A stretch of DNA of 32,000 nucleotides. It comes from Copranaerobaculum intestinale. GTDB taxonomy: Bacteria; Bacillota_I; Bacilli_A; Erysipelotrichales; Erysipelotrichaceae. The position numbers were made by a program, and so were the translations under genes. The notes below the pieces were generated by a model. The model did not search any database and was not told where the DNA came from. It saw only the letters and a list, made by a program, of their open reading frames with translations. The DNA is taken from assembly GCF_009831105.1 (NCBI RefSeq), contig NZ_WUUQ01000002.1, positions 690,001-722,000 of the forward strand, read 5' to 3'. Each line of letters starts with the position of its first letter. Within the stretch, counting starts at the first letter, position 1. Of the stretch, positions 7,714 to 16,771 are shown piece by piece.

Positions 7714-8574
7714 TCAGATTAACGCATACCAGTGATCAAGTTCCTTTTGCATTGCTTCATCAACCGGGGTCAGCGGCAGCCGCAGCTGATTGAGACATAA
7801 CCCTTCCTTTTGAAGCAGATATTTCAGCGGACCAGGACTGGCTTGTTTAAATAATAAATCAGCTAGTGCTTTAAACGCCTGATCTTGTTCATCCAAATCC
7901 ACCGAAGTATCAAAGAGTGTCAGATAATTTTTCAAATCTTTCATATTAAGATGACCCATGACAGAAATAATACCGCACATTCCGGCTTCCAGCCCTTCCT
8001 TCAGATAGCCGTCCTCGCCAGAATATACCTTGAAATCAGGTCGAATGCTCTGTACCTGATGAACAATGTCCAAATCATGTGATGCCTGCTTCAAAGCTAC
8101 GATTTGATCGAAATCCCCAGCCAGATGACAAAGCGTATCTCCAGTGATGGATATTCCGGTACGTCCCGGCACATTGTATACCATGATCGGCAGCTTGGTG
8201 CTGGATACAATTTTTGCATAATGTTCATAAAGTCCTTGCTGGGAAGGCTTATTGTAATACGGCGTGACGATCAATAGGCCGTCAATATTGCGATGCTCAA
8301 CCTGCTTTACAAATTCACATGTCGCAGCCGTATCATTACTGCCGCAGCCAAACCAAATCTGGCCGCGACCGCGGGTACGTTCAATCACATAATCCAGAAT
8401 ATCTAATTTTTCCTGCATAGAAAGCGTCGGGGATTCTGCGGTGGTTCCGCATACGATAAATCCATCACAGTTTTCTTCCAATAATTTATCAATGATACGT
8501 CCCAGCGCATAAAAGTCGATATACAAATCCTCATCAAAGGGAGTTATCAGCGCGACTAATGCTTCTCGTTTCAT
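7714..8574 (-). CDS. dapA: 4-hydroxy-tetrahydrodipicolinate synthase
   Basis: 286 aa. ALITPF...GFIVCGTTAESPTLS, TPYYNKPSQQGLYEHY, YNVPGRTG and the active-site Lys context ALKQAS. Confidence 0.92.
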   Translation of the reverse strand: MKREALVALITPFDEDLYIDFYALGRIIDKLLEENCDGFIVCGTTAESPTLSMQEKLDILDYVIERTRGRGQIWFGCGSNDTAATCEFVKQVEHRNIDGLLIVTPYYNKPSQQGLYEHYAKIVSSTKLPIMVYNVPGRTGISITGDTLCHLAGDFDQIVALKQASHDLDIVHQVQSIRPDFKVYSGEDGYLKEGLEAGMCGIISVMGHLNMKDLKNYLTLFDTSVDLDEQDQAFKALADLLFKQASPGPLKYLLQKEGLCLNQLRLPLTPVDEAMQKELDHWYALI

Positions 8575-9161
8575 ATATGCTTCTCCTCATAACCTCTTAA
8601 AAGCGGCTGAAGCTGCACCTGTTCCATCGCAGAATCTAAGGTATCCTCTGTAAACTCCCACTTTGCTACAATACTGGTCGGTTTATTGAATGGTGAATCC
8701 TGTGCAAAGGGTATGGCATAAATGTGCTTCGTTGCCAAAAGACGCATCAGATTTACACCGGAGATTCCCAATCCGTCATTCGTCGCAATACCGATGACAA
8801 TATCCTTGTTGTTGCGGATCATTGCCTTCGCTGCCAAGGTAACCGGGCTATCATAAATACCATTTGCCAATTTTGCGCATACCGTAGCCGTCATCGGCAC
8901 AATACACATGATATCGTAAGCATTGGATGGACCTACTTTCTCCGCTTCAACGATTGTTGACATGACCTTATGACCACTGATGCGCTCCACCGCTTTGATG
9001 AAGTCATCACGCTCAAAAAAGCGGGTGGACAAGGTGTTGACATTTTCGGTTACAACGACCTGCACATCGTTGTTAGCAGCCAATCTCGTAAGCTGATCCA
9101 ACGCATGCTGATGGTTACAGAACGATCCGCATATTCCCATTAATATATGCTTGTTTTTCAT
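8571..9161 (-). CDS. dpaB: Dipicolinate synthase subunit B (flavoprotein)
   Basis: MKNKHILMGICGSFCNH...VVVTENV...IVPMTATVCAKLANGIYDSPV is SpoVFB-like. The start was moved to ATG 9161, which forms an ATGA overlap with the dpaA stop. The ORF-track start 9263 lies inside dpaA. Confidence 0.85.
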   Translation of the reverse strand: MKNKHILMGICGSFCNHQHALDQLTRLAANNDVQVVVTENVNTLSTRFFERDDFIKAVERISGHKVMSTIVEAEKVGPSNAYDIMCIVPMTATVCAKLANGIYDSPVTLAAKAMIRNNKDIVIGIATNDGLGISGVNLMRLLATKHIYAIPFAQDSPFNKPTSIVAKWEFTEDTLDSAMEQVQLQPLLRGYEEKHI

Positions 9162-9931
9162 GATTTCAATTCCTCCCGTATGGTTTCCGCTATGATATTG
9201 CCGGCGCTTTTCCATGCATAGATGGCCGGCAATGCCTTTGCCTTGATCAACTGGATGCCGCACAGCATTGCATCCTTCTCATCAATCAGTGCACCGCTGG
9301 CAATATCAATGATCAGCGGCGAAGGGTTCCAGCTCTCCATAAGCCTGCGGTCAATAATTTTTGCCGGGGCTGTATTGATGATAACATCTCCGCAGCCTTC
9401 AGCTTTCCATTCATCTATTGAAATACTGTCTGGTTCCCCCTGACAGACTCGTCGAACAATTCGTGTCGGAACCTCCAGCGCTTTCAGCCACTTCACAATT
9501 TCCTTTCCGCAGGTACCATAGCCGATGACATCTACCTGACAGTCCTTAATCGATTTTGCCGTGTGATCGATTAACAGACAAAGTGTTCCCTCCGCTGTCA
9601 GAACGGCATTTTGTTCTATTAGACGAGCATGCTCCATATAGAAGTCACAGTCATACGCCAGCTCCTTGATAAATGCATTCGGCAGTCCACAGAATACCTT
9701 AGTATGGTCACCTAAGGAAGCCCAAAATGACATAGGGATTGCCAGCTGCTGACCCTTAATCGTCATGATACCTTTATCATCAGGCCCAAACATCGGCAAA
9801 ACCAGCACATCCGGTATGGTTAATTTATCCATATTCGTAAATTCATTGATCAGATACGTATCATATGTTTTACAGAGATTAAAATACACCGCCTGCATTC
9901 TTTGATCACTATTTACAACGGCTATTTTCAC
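9158..9931 (-). CDS. dpaA: Dipicolinate synthase subunit A
   Basis: SpoVFA-like: VKIAVVNSDQR..., NAVLTAEGTL, VIGYGTCGKEI (Rossmann), ALPAIYAWKSAG. The start is reassigned to GTG 9931, 6 nt after AAAGGAGAGG. The ORF-track extension to 10015 would run through the tyrS terminator. Confidence 0.8.
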   Translation of the reverse strand: MKIAVVNSDQRMQAVYFNLCKTYDTYLINEFTNMDKLTIPDVLVLPMFGPDDKGIMTIKGQQLAIPMSFWASLGDHTKVFCGLPNAFIKELAYDCDFYMEHARLIEQNAVLTAEGTLCLLIDHTAKSIKDCQVDVIGYGTCGKEIVKWLKALEVPTRIVRRVCQGEPDSISIDEWKAEGCGDVIINTAPAKIIDRRLMESWNPSPLIIDIASGALIDEKDAMLCGIQLIKAKALPAIYAWKSAGNIIAETIREELKS

Positions 9932-9955
9932 AATGATCCTCTCCTTTTTACAGGC

Positions 9956-9982
9956 TATACTATGTGCAAACACCCAGAGTGT
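9956..9982 (-). promoter_or_regulatory. Candidate sigma-K-type promoter of dpaAB
   Basis: Minus strand reads AC-16 nt-CATAGTATA, which fits the AC / CATAnnnTA consensus. It ends about 25 nt upstream of the GTG start. B. subtilis spoVF is sigma-K dependent. Confidence 0.35.
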
Positions 9983-9995
9983 TAAAGAAAGATGC

Positions 9996-10027
9996 AAAAG
10001 AAAAAGGAACAGCATATTCCTGTTCCC
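9996..10027 (-). terminator. Rho-independent terminator of tyrS
   Basis: Stem GGAACAG (10006-10012) pairs with CTGTTCC (10020-10026) around a 7-nt loop. On the minus strand it is followed by TTTTTCTTTT. Confidence 0.65.
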
Positions 10028-10079
10028 TCATACAGCTCTGTTTCATTTCACTGTTAACGGTGTGCTTTAAACATTTGTT

Positions 10080-11309
10080 TTATTGTTTGATTACATAGTA
10101 ATTGCGTTTTCCGCGCTTGATCAAGGTACAGCTATCAGCCAAGGCGTTTGCTTTTGTAACGATGAATTCTCCATCCTGTACCTTTATTCCGTTGACCTGA
10201 ATAGAACCCTGTGCTATCCATTCTCTGGCTTCACGCTTACTGGAGGCAATCTTTGCCTGTACCATCAGCTCCAGCAGTGATAACGCATCCGGTAGTTCAA
10301 TCTTTTCAAAATTGTTAAATGCATCCGCTGCTTCATCCTCACTCAACTCGAGAATATTACCTTTGAAGAATGCATCGGTTATTTTCAGTGCCTTATTCAG
10401 CTCGGCATCCCCATGCAGAAACAATACCACTTCGCGAGCCAATGCCTTTTGAGCTTCACGCTTATGCGGTTCACTTTTCACTTTTGCTTCCAGATCATCA
10501 ATCGTTTCTTTGTCTAAGAAAGTCAAACGCTTTAAGTAATCGATAACTTTTTCATCCTCGGAATTTACCAGAAACTGATACATTGCGTACGGTGAGGTCA
10601 TATTTCGATCAAGCCATACGGTTCCCGACTCACTCTTGCCGAATTTTGTACCGTCTGCTTTCGTGATCAATGGCATAGTCAAACCATAGCATTCAACATC
10701 GGCACCGTGCTTTTTACGAATCAGTTCCAGTCCTGAGGTGATATTCCCCCACTGATCCTGACCACCCAGCTGCAGAGTGCAGTTATGGGTTTCATATAGG
10801 TGCAAAAAATCAAGTGCCTGCAAAATCATATAAGAAAATTCGGTATAACTGATGCCGCTGTCAAGCCGGCGCTTGACTGTATCTTTATTGATCATATAGT
10901 TAATGTTGAAATGCTTGCCGTAGTCACGCAGGAAATCAATCACGGTGATATCCTTGGTCCAGTCAAGATTGTTGACCATCTCAAAACCAAAAATCGCATC
11001 AATCTGTTTACGCAGACAATCATAGTTATGCTGAAGCCGTTCCTTTGTCAGCATGGAACGTTCACCGGTCGCTTTCGGATCACCGATAAAACCGGTTGCC
11101 CCGCCGACCAGCATGATCGGGTGATGGCCATGCTCCTTTAAACGCTTTGCCATCAATAAAGATGACAGATGACCGATATGCAGACTTTCACCGGTTGGAT
11201 CTGTACCGATATAAAAAGTCAGTCCTCCCTCGTTCAGCTTTGCTTCCAGTTCCGGGCTAGTCATATCATTAATCAGACCGCGCCATTTTAATTCATCAAA
11301 CAATTTCAT
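10080..11309 (-). CDS. tyrS: Tyrosine--tRNA ligase
   Basis: 409 aa. Class I HIGH motif (LHIGHL), KFGKS (KMSKS-type) motif and a C-terminal S4 domain. AGGAGGAA SD. Confidence 0.95.
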   Translation of the reverse strand: MKLFDELKWRGLINDMTSPELEAKLNEGGLTFYIGTDPTGESLHIGHLSSLLMAKRLKEHGHHPIMLVGGATGFIGDPKATGERSMLTKERLQHNYDCLRKQIDAIFGFEMVNNLDWTKDITVIDFLRDYGKHFNINYMINKDTVKRRLDSGISYTEFSYMILQALDFLHLYETHNCTLQLGGQDQWGNITSGLELIRKKHGADVECYGLTMPLITKADGTKFGKSESGTVWLDRNMTSPYAMYQFLVNSEDEKVIDYLKRLTFLDKETIDDLEAKVKSEPHKREAQKALAREVVLFLHGDAELNKALKITDAFFKGNILELSEDEAADAFNNFEKIELPDALSLLELMVQAKIASSKREAREWIAQGSIQVNGIKVQDGEFIVTKANALADSCTLIKRGKRNYYVIKQ

Positions 11310-11327
11310 AACATTTCCTCCTAATAT

Positions 11328-11547
11328 AAAAAAACGTCCTTATCCAAGGACGCTAAAGATAACGTGGTACCACCTTAGTTCATATCGCTTATGACATGCA
11401 CTCTCACGTTGATAACGGAAACCGCTCCGATACTGCTTTTGACAGTATGCTCCAAGGTGTATTCACTGAGCTTTGCGTATCGATTCTCACCAACCATCGA
11501 TTCTCTTGAACGAAAGGATTCAGCTACTCTTTCTTATCTTCACTTTA
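11328..11547 (-). promoter_or_regulatory. T-box leader (tRNA-Tyr sensing) with intrinsic terminator
   Basis: Minus strand shows an AGTA box, an AGAGA box, the specifier context GUGAA-UAC-A (UAC at 11461-11459), an F-box CCGTTA, and the T-box sequence AACTAAGGTGGTACCACGTT (11380-11361). The terminator is CGTCCTT-GGAT-AAGGACG plus T7 (11354-11328). Confidence 0.88.
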
Positions 11548-11553
11548 ATATCT

Positions 11554-11581
11554 AGTATATCCTATACCAAAAAAAAGTCAA
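11554..11581 (-). promoter_or_regulatory. Sigma-A promoter of the tyrS T-box leader
   Basis: TTGACT (11581-11576), 16-nt spacer, TATACT (11559-11554). Confidence 0.6.
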
Positions 11582-11653
11582 CAAGATTTCCTGTTTGATC
11601 AATATTCAGGAATGACAAACAATACATTTCAACCGTTATCTGATTTCAAATCA

Positions 11654-11684
11654 TAAAAAAGACATGATGCTTGATCATGTCTTT
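11654..11684 (-). terminator. Rho-independent terminator of the ccpA-like gene
   Basis: A 10-bp stem, AAGACATGAT (11659-11668) with ATCATGTCTT (11674-11683), is followed by a T-run on the minus strand. Confidence 0.75.
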
Positions 11685-11692
11685 ATCAGTGC

Positions 11693-12685
11693 TTATTTCG
11701 TTGACTGGCGCGGCGTATAAATGTAGCTTAATTCAATTTCTTTATCAATGACCTCATCATCCTCTTTCAGCATCTTGGTCATTACTCGCATCGCTACTGC
11801 CCCCAAATCATAATCCGGAATCTTAAATCCGGTGATCTGCGGTCTCGCCATCGCGTTATACTTACTATCAAGGATACACACCACTTCCATATCATCGGGA
11901 ATCATCAGTCCGTTTTCTTTTGCGGAATTCAAAACAGCCATTGCCTGCGAATCACGATATGTGATAACCAGCTGATGTTTATGCGTTTTGAAATATTCTT
12001 TCAGATACAGATATGAAGAACGATATTCCTTAGGAATCTCAACAAAATTGTCAAAAGTCAATCCCTTATCTTCCATTGCATGCTGCAATCCATCATTCAA
12101 CTGCTTCAGCATTGCCGGATTTTTACGATCCTCAATCAAAGCGATATCAGTGATACCCTTTTCAAGATACTGCGCAGCAAACTCATAGATCAATTTTGCA
12201 TAGTCTACGTAAACCGATCCAATTGTTTCATCGCTCATACGGTTTCCAATTACCACGATCGGCACCTGATAGCGTGTCAGCGTATTCAGCTCATCTTTGC
12301 ATAATTTATCATTGAAAATGACCACACCGTCAACACGAGACTTAATGATCGTTTCAATGATATCATTCATTTCCGTGATTCCTTCGGTCGTCGTATGCAG
12401 AACGATGTTGTATTTATAAATCTTTGCAACATCGATCAGACCATTGATGATTTGTCCGGTATAAAAGAAACTCGCCTCTGGAACAATCAATGCGATGGTC
12501 GTTGTTTTCTGCAAAGCCAGCCCCTGCGCGATTGCATTCGGTTTATAACCAAGCTTCTCAATCGCTTCCTGTACTTTTATCCGCGTATCTTCACGAACCA
12601 CTTCTGACCCATTGATAACTCGGGATACAGTGGCTAGTGAAACATCCGCCTCTTTCGCGACATCGTATATTGTTATGCGTTTCAT
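11693..12685 (-). CDS. ccpA: LacI-family transcriptional regulator, CcpA-like
   Basis: HTH MKRITIYDVAKEADVSLATVSRVINGS...KPNAIAQGLA plus a periplasmic-binding-protein fold. Its position next to ytxH/ytxG/murC matches the B. subtilis ccpA neighbourhood. The orthology call rests on synteny. Confidence 0.7.
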   Translation of the reverse strand: MKRITIYDVAKEADVSLATVSRVINGSEVVREDTRIKVQEAIEKLGYKPNAIAQGLALQKTTTIALIVPEASFFYTGQIINGLIDVAKIYKYNIVLHTTTEGITEMNDIIETIIKSRVDGVVIFNDKLCKDELNTLTRYQVPIVVIGNRMSDETIGSVYVDYAKLIYEFAAQYLEKGITDIALIEDRKNPAMLKQLNDGLQHAMEDKGLTFDNFVEIPKEYRSSYLYLKEYFKTHKHQLVITYRDSQAMAVLNSAKENGLMIPDDMEVVCILDSKYNAMARPQITGFKIPDYDLGAVAMRVMTKMLKEDDEVIDKEIELSYIYTPRQSTK

Positions 12686-12697
12686 ATGCGTACCTCT

Positions 12698-13291
12698 CTA
12701 TTCTTCCGGTTTATTTTTATCATCCGGATATATGTCTGTTTTCACCTCGATAACTTCAGGTTCTTCTTCATGCTCCTCCAGCACTTTCTTTAAACTATCA
12801 TATGCGCTGGATGCAATATGCAGCGTACCTCGTTTTACTTTTTTTACGGTTTCTTTCACCCGTTCATCCTCTTTCACCTGATGAACCTTTGTACTGACAT
12901 CATTCATTACCTTTTGCACATTCTCGTGCTGTATGACGTCCTGAACACCGCTTGAGATTTTATTGCCGATATGTTTAGACGCAGCTTTTACGGTTTCTTT
13001 TCCGCTTTTCACTTTATCATTTTCATTCACCTCGGCCACAGCGACTTTTACTTTCTGAATCAGCAGGGCTGTCTCCAGCTTTACTTTTTCCTTATATGCC
13101 GCAACCTTATCCGGATCATGATTCTCTTTCAGCCATGCTTTAAAATCAGCAAATAATACTGTTACCTCTTCTGTAAATTCATCCAGAATTTTGCGTTTTT
13201 CCTCATTATCATGTTCATCGTCGACATGAATGATATGATATCTTGCTTCTTCTTCCATTGTTTCCGCTTCCTTCATATTCTGGTCTTCCAT
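12698..13291 (-). CDS. Highly charged helical protein of unknown function, in the position of B. subtilis ytxH
   Basis: 197 aa, rich in Lys/Glu, no TM segment. AGAGG SD 9 nt upstream of ATG 13291. Confidence 0.6.
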   Translation of the reverse strand: MEDQNMKEAETMEEEARYHIIHVDDEHDNEEKRKILDEFTEEVTVLFADFKAWLKENHDPDKVAAYKEKVKLETALLIQKVKVAVAEVNENDKVKSGKETVKAASKHIGNKISSGVQDVIQHENVQKVMNDVSTKVHQVKEDERVKETVKKVKRGTLHIASSAYDSLKKVLEEHEEEPEVIEVKTDIYPDDKNKPEE

Positions 13292-13313
13292 GCCTGATCG
13301 CCTCTTTTCTTAG

Positions 13314-13706
13314 TTATTCTGCTCCTGTTTCCTCATCTGCCGGATGACACGATTTTGTTTCATCCTCCTGCTTTGCCGTACGCAGCACCCAGTTTTTTAT
13401 CGACGAAAAATTCTCGATGATTGCCACCAATGTAGAACGTACTACATTCTTGGACATTTCATGCACATTATCCACCGTTTCACTAAGCTCATTCAAAGTG
13501 TTCAAAGGTTTATCCAAAGCATTTAATTGTCGATTTGTGATTTTTAATGTCTCATCCGCGGTATCTGCCGCCTGCTTTGCCGACACCAGAAGCTGGATCA
13601 AACGGCGAAAAAATATAATCAGAAACACCAGCAGTATAGCGCCTAAAATCGGTAAGCATTTAGAAGCTACCGCACTGGTTAATTCCAACAGCTGATCTAA
13701 ACCCAT
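13314..13706 (-). CDS. DUF948 (YtxG-like) membrane-anchored coiled-coil protein
   Basis: 130 aa. One N-terminal TM (LPILGAILLVFLIIFF) followed by the helical region LDKPLNTLNELSETVDNV. GGAGGTG SD. Position matches ytxG. Confidence 0.65.
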   Translation of the reverse strand: MGLDQLLELTSAVASKCLPILGAILLVFLIIFFRRLIQLLVSAKQAADTADETLKITNRQLNALDKPLNTLNELSETVDNVHEMSKNVVRSTLVAIIENFSSIKNWVLRTAKQEDETKSCHPADEETGAE

Positions 13707-13723
13707 ATGAACACCTCCACTAT

Positions 13724-13752
13724 ATATTACAACAGTTTGAAACCCATTACAA
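13724..13752 (-). promoter_or_regulatory. Candidate sigma-A promoter of the ytxG/ytxH-like pair
   Basis: TTGTAA (13752-13747), 17-nt spacer, TAATAT (13729-13724), immediately after the murC stop. Confidence 0.3.
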
Positions 13753-13754
13753 TA

Positions 13755-15056
13755 CTATTGAAAACTTTTTACAATGTTTTTAAATTTATAAATATCCTTG
13801 CTGCTCATAAACAAATAAACAGCCGGACCGCGCTTCGCAAGCTCACTTGCGGCTTCTTCATCTTCCTGAATAACGCGGACATTTTCCATGCGGTCGGCAA
13901 GATCTTGGATCGTAATATCAATTCCCGCTTCCTTCGCAGCATTTTTTGGAAAATGACAAAGATAAACTTCATCCGCTTCATCAAATGCCTTGGCAAATTC
14001 ATCCATAAAATAAAATATACGGGAATAACGGTCCGGTTTAAAAACGGCAATTAATTTTTTATCCGGAAAGCGCGTCCTTGCTGCTTCAATCGTTAAGCGA
14101 ACCGCAGTTGGATGATGAGCATAATCATCAATATAAACATTATCGCCATTCACTTCAATATTGAAACGACGCTTTACTCCCGGAAAGCTGGCAAGTGCAT
14201 CCTGCAGCTGCTCAGCCGAAATACCCTCCATGATTCCAACCGCTATTGTTCCAAGAGAGTTCCATAGGAAAGGTTTCCCCACAAACGGAAGTTTAAAACT
14301 GCCAAAGAAAGAATCGTGGAGATAGACATCGTAGCTGGTTCCTTCGCTGTTTTCCACCACATTGCGCGCCTGTACATCATTTTGGTCGTGCAGTCCATAG
14401 AACAGATGATTCACATGCAGATTTAATGATCTGGTATTTTCTTCATCACCGAACAGCACGACTCCTTTTTTTACCTGATTGGCAAACTCTTCAAAAGCAC
14501 TGATATAATCTTCGATATCGCGGTAATAGTCAACATGATCCAGTTCAATATTTGTGATGATCGCATAATCCGGATGATAGGCTAGAAAATGCCGCTGATA
14601 CTCACAGGATTCCAATACAAAGTACCGGCTGTCCTTCGGCATTTCTCCGGTTCCGTCACCGATCAGATAACCGCTTGGGGCAATTTGCTGCATCACATGT
14701 GCCAGCAGCCCGGTCGTGGTTGTCTTGCCATGAGTGCCGGCTACGCTGATTGACGTATAGTCCCCAACCAGTTTACCCAAATATTCATGATAGCGGTAGC
14801 AGGTTACTGAGGGCATGGAACGCGCCTGCTTAACTTCTGGATGATCTTCACCAAATGCATTTCCAATAATGACTGTACTGTTTTCTTGAATATTCTTCGG
14901 ATCGAAAGGATAGATTGGAATATTTCGTTCTTCCAGCGGTTTCTGAGTAAAAATATATTTATCGATATCCGAACCGGTTACCGTTTCTCCCAAATCCGCA
15001 ACAATCTCTGCCAGAGATGCCATTCCGCTTCCCTTTATGCCAATAAAATGTATCAT
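13755..15056 (-). CDS. murC: UDP-N-acetylmuramate--L-alanine ligase
   Basis: 433 aa. MIHFIGIKGSGMASLAEI, GTHGKTTTTGL (P-loop), DDYAHHPT. Confidence 0.95.
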   Translation of the reverse strand: MIHFIGIKGSGMASLAEIVADLGETVTGSDIDKYIFTQKPLEERNIPIYPFDPKNIQENSTVIIGNAFGEDHPEVKQARSMPSVTCYRYHEYLGKLVGDYTSISVAGTHGKTTTTGLLAHVMQQIAPSGYLIGDGTGEMPKDSRYFVLESCEYQRHFLAYHPDYAIITNIELDHVDYYRDIEDYISAFEEFANQVKKGVVLFGDEENTRSLNLHVNHLFYGLHDQNDVQARNVVENSEGTSYDVYLHDSFFGSFKLPFVGKPFLWNSLGTIAVGIMEGISAEQLQDALASFPGVKRRFNIEVNGDNVYIDDYAHHPTAVRLTIEAARTRFPDKKLIAVFKPDRYSRIFYFMDEFAKAFDEADEVYLCHFPKNAAKEAGIDITIQDLADRMENVRVIQEDEEAASELAKRGPAVYLFMSSKDIYKFKNIVKSFQ

Positions 15057-15071
15057 GACCTTCTTCGCTCC

Positions 15072-15806
15072 TTATTCTTCTTCATCGATGGCAAATACAT
15101 GTTCTTCATCACTTGCTTTGATAGCTTCTTCTCCTCCGAACAAAGAGAACTGCATAACATCATCATTGTCATCGTCATCATCCTCCGCCAGCAGATCCTC
15201 CAGCGGCATATTTAATATATCCTCGTGAGATGGTTCATCCTTACTAACTGCTTCGCTATTATCTATGATGCTGCGCTTTTGAGCGGCGGTTACCGCCAAT
15301 TTTTCCTTCGCCTGATCTTCCATTTCCTCTAATTCGGTTGCACCGTACATAGGGGAAATGATCGTACCCAGAGGATTTTTTTTCTTCACCCGAACAACCG
15401 GAGAATCCTGATCCATTTCCTTTCGTGCCTCAATATCTTCCTTTGTGCCGAAAATCGGTGAAATTACCGGAGAAAACTCATAATCACGTTTGGTATCCAT
15501 CCGCGGTGTACTCGAAGCAACAGTACGAGGAGAATGTTTGGGCTCATCTAAATCAATAAATCGGTTTTTCTGTTTCCCATCCGATTCCGTACGTATTGAT
15601 TCATTTGTCGCCTGCGGTTTGCTTACCGGTCGTTTTGCCTTTACCGGTTCTTCCTTGACCGGCTTAGCCATTGAATTTTGCTTCATCGGTTTTTTCTCTT
15701 CTTTTTTCTCAAAGACAGGTGATGAAAGACTTACCGCTTCCAAAGGTTCTTCAATCAGTTCCTCTTCCTCTTCTTCAAATAAAAACTTTAGTATATTTTT
15801 AAACAT
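15072..15806 (-). CDS. Acidic, low-complexity (probably disordered) protein with duplicated [VI]ISP[IM][FY]G motif
   Basis: I place the start at ATG 15806 (MFKNILKFLFEEEEEE...), giving an 8-nt overlap with the ytpR stop. The ORF-track start 15860 lies inside ytpR. Acidic runs at both ends. Motifs VISPIFG (15467-15447) and IISPMYG (15362-15342). Confidence 0.6.
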   Translation of the reverse strand: MFKNILKFLFEEEEEELIEEPLEAVSLSSPVFEKKEEKKPMKQNSMAKPVKEEPVKAKRPVSKPQATNESIRTESDGKQKNRFIDLDEPKHSPRTVASSTPRMDTKRDYEFSPVISPIFGTKEDIEARKEMDQDSPVVRVKKKNPLGTIISPMYGATELEEMEDQAKEKLAVTAAQKRSIIDNSEAVSKDEPSHEDILNMPLEDLLAEDDDDDNDDVMQFSLFGGEEAIKASDEEHVFAIDEEE

Positions 15807-16431
15807 GGTGTTTCTCCCTTTCCGCAAAAAATGAAGCTCCGATCTGATAAGTGTCATCAAGAATCAAAAGGCCTTTTTGTTTTTCTTCAACTAAGCCAAG
15901 CTCCCATTCACTGCACAGCATACCATGCGATACAGCGCCTCTTAACTTACCGTCGCGAATCAATCGGCCATTCGGCATTACGGCATTATTTAAAGCCGCC
16001 GGTACATAAATTCCAGGTGCAGCATTGTGAGCACCGCAGACGATCTGAAGCACTTCCGCTCCGACATCAACCTGACAGATATGCAGATGATCGCTGTCCG
16101 GATGATCCTCCATACGGATAACATGCCCTACTACGATACGCGGGGTAAAGTCATGCTGAAGCGGTTCGAATCCCACCGCCTGCAAACCCCCATTCACGCT
16201 GGCAAGCAACTCCTCGCTCATCGGCAGATAGCCGTCCCTTCCCGGATATTCAGCTTGACTGATATTATAGCCGAGCAGTTCACCTTTCTTATTATACATA
16301 GCAGTAACATTGCCTATGGACTTTGTCGAAGCTACTGTATCTTCATCGTTTACCTTTATCAGTAACAGGCCGGGAAAAGCCCGATCATTTTTAAAAACGC
16401 GGATAATATCTTTACTTTTTTCAATACTCAT
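15799..16431 (-). CDS. ytpR: YtpR-like tRNA-binding-domain protein
   Basis: 210 aa. The C-terminal OB tRNA-binding domain HPDSDHLHICQVDVG...LQIVCGAHN...GKLRGAVSHGMLCS is like PheT-N/CsaA. Confidence 0.8.
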   Translation of the reverse strand: MSIEKSKDIIRVFKNDRAFPGLLLIKVNDEDTVASTKSIGNVTAMYNKKGELLGYNISQAEYPGRDGYLPMSEELLASVNGGLQAVGFEPLQHDFTPRIVVGHVIRMEDHPDSDHLHICQVDVGAEVLQIVCGAHNAAPGIYVPAALNNAVMPNGRLIRDGKLRGAVSHGMLCSEWELGLVEEKQKGLLILDDTYQIGASFFAEREKHHV

Positions 16432-16763
16432 TTTAAGCCTCCCAAAAACGCATCAATTTCCGCTTCGGTCTTTCGTTGTTTAGGAACAAAACGGCCGATC
16501 TCGGCTCCGTTTTTAAACGCGACAAAACTGGGAATTCCCAAAATCATCAAATCTACACACAAATCCATCCATTGATCACGATCCACATAGACAAAATGAT
16601 ACTGTGTATATTTCTTCAATAAATTTGGCAGAAATGGTTCCAAGAAACGACAATCCGGACACCAATCCGCCGAGAACGTGAAAACACTGATCGTCTCTCC
16701 TTGTTTAATTTCTTCAAATTGTTTCAATGATTCTAACTTTGGCATATCTGTTTTCATAATCAT
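16428..16763 (-). CDS. ytpP: Thioredoxin-family protein (YtpP-like)
   Basis: 111 aa with a WCPDC redox motif. Overlaps the ytpR start. Confidence 0.8.
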   Translation of the reverse strand: MIMKTDMPKLESLKQFEEIKQGETISVFTFSADWCPDCRFLEPFLPNLLKKYTQYHFVYVDRDQWMDLCVDLMILGIPSFVAFKNGAEIGRFVPKQRKTEAEIDAFLGGLK

Positions 16764-16771
16764 TTCCTCTC

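Noticed and set aside
8571-10015. ORF-track N-terminal extensions (8571..9263, 9158..10015; also 4326..5090, 15072..15860, 27055..28884, and the internal TTG start at 31968)
   Set aside because: The longest-ORF calls overlap upstream genes or terminators, and better SD-supported internal starts exist (some of them GTG). For gpr the true start lies outside the window. Coordinates were adjusted in the feature list.
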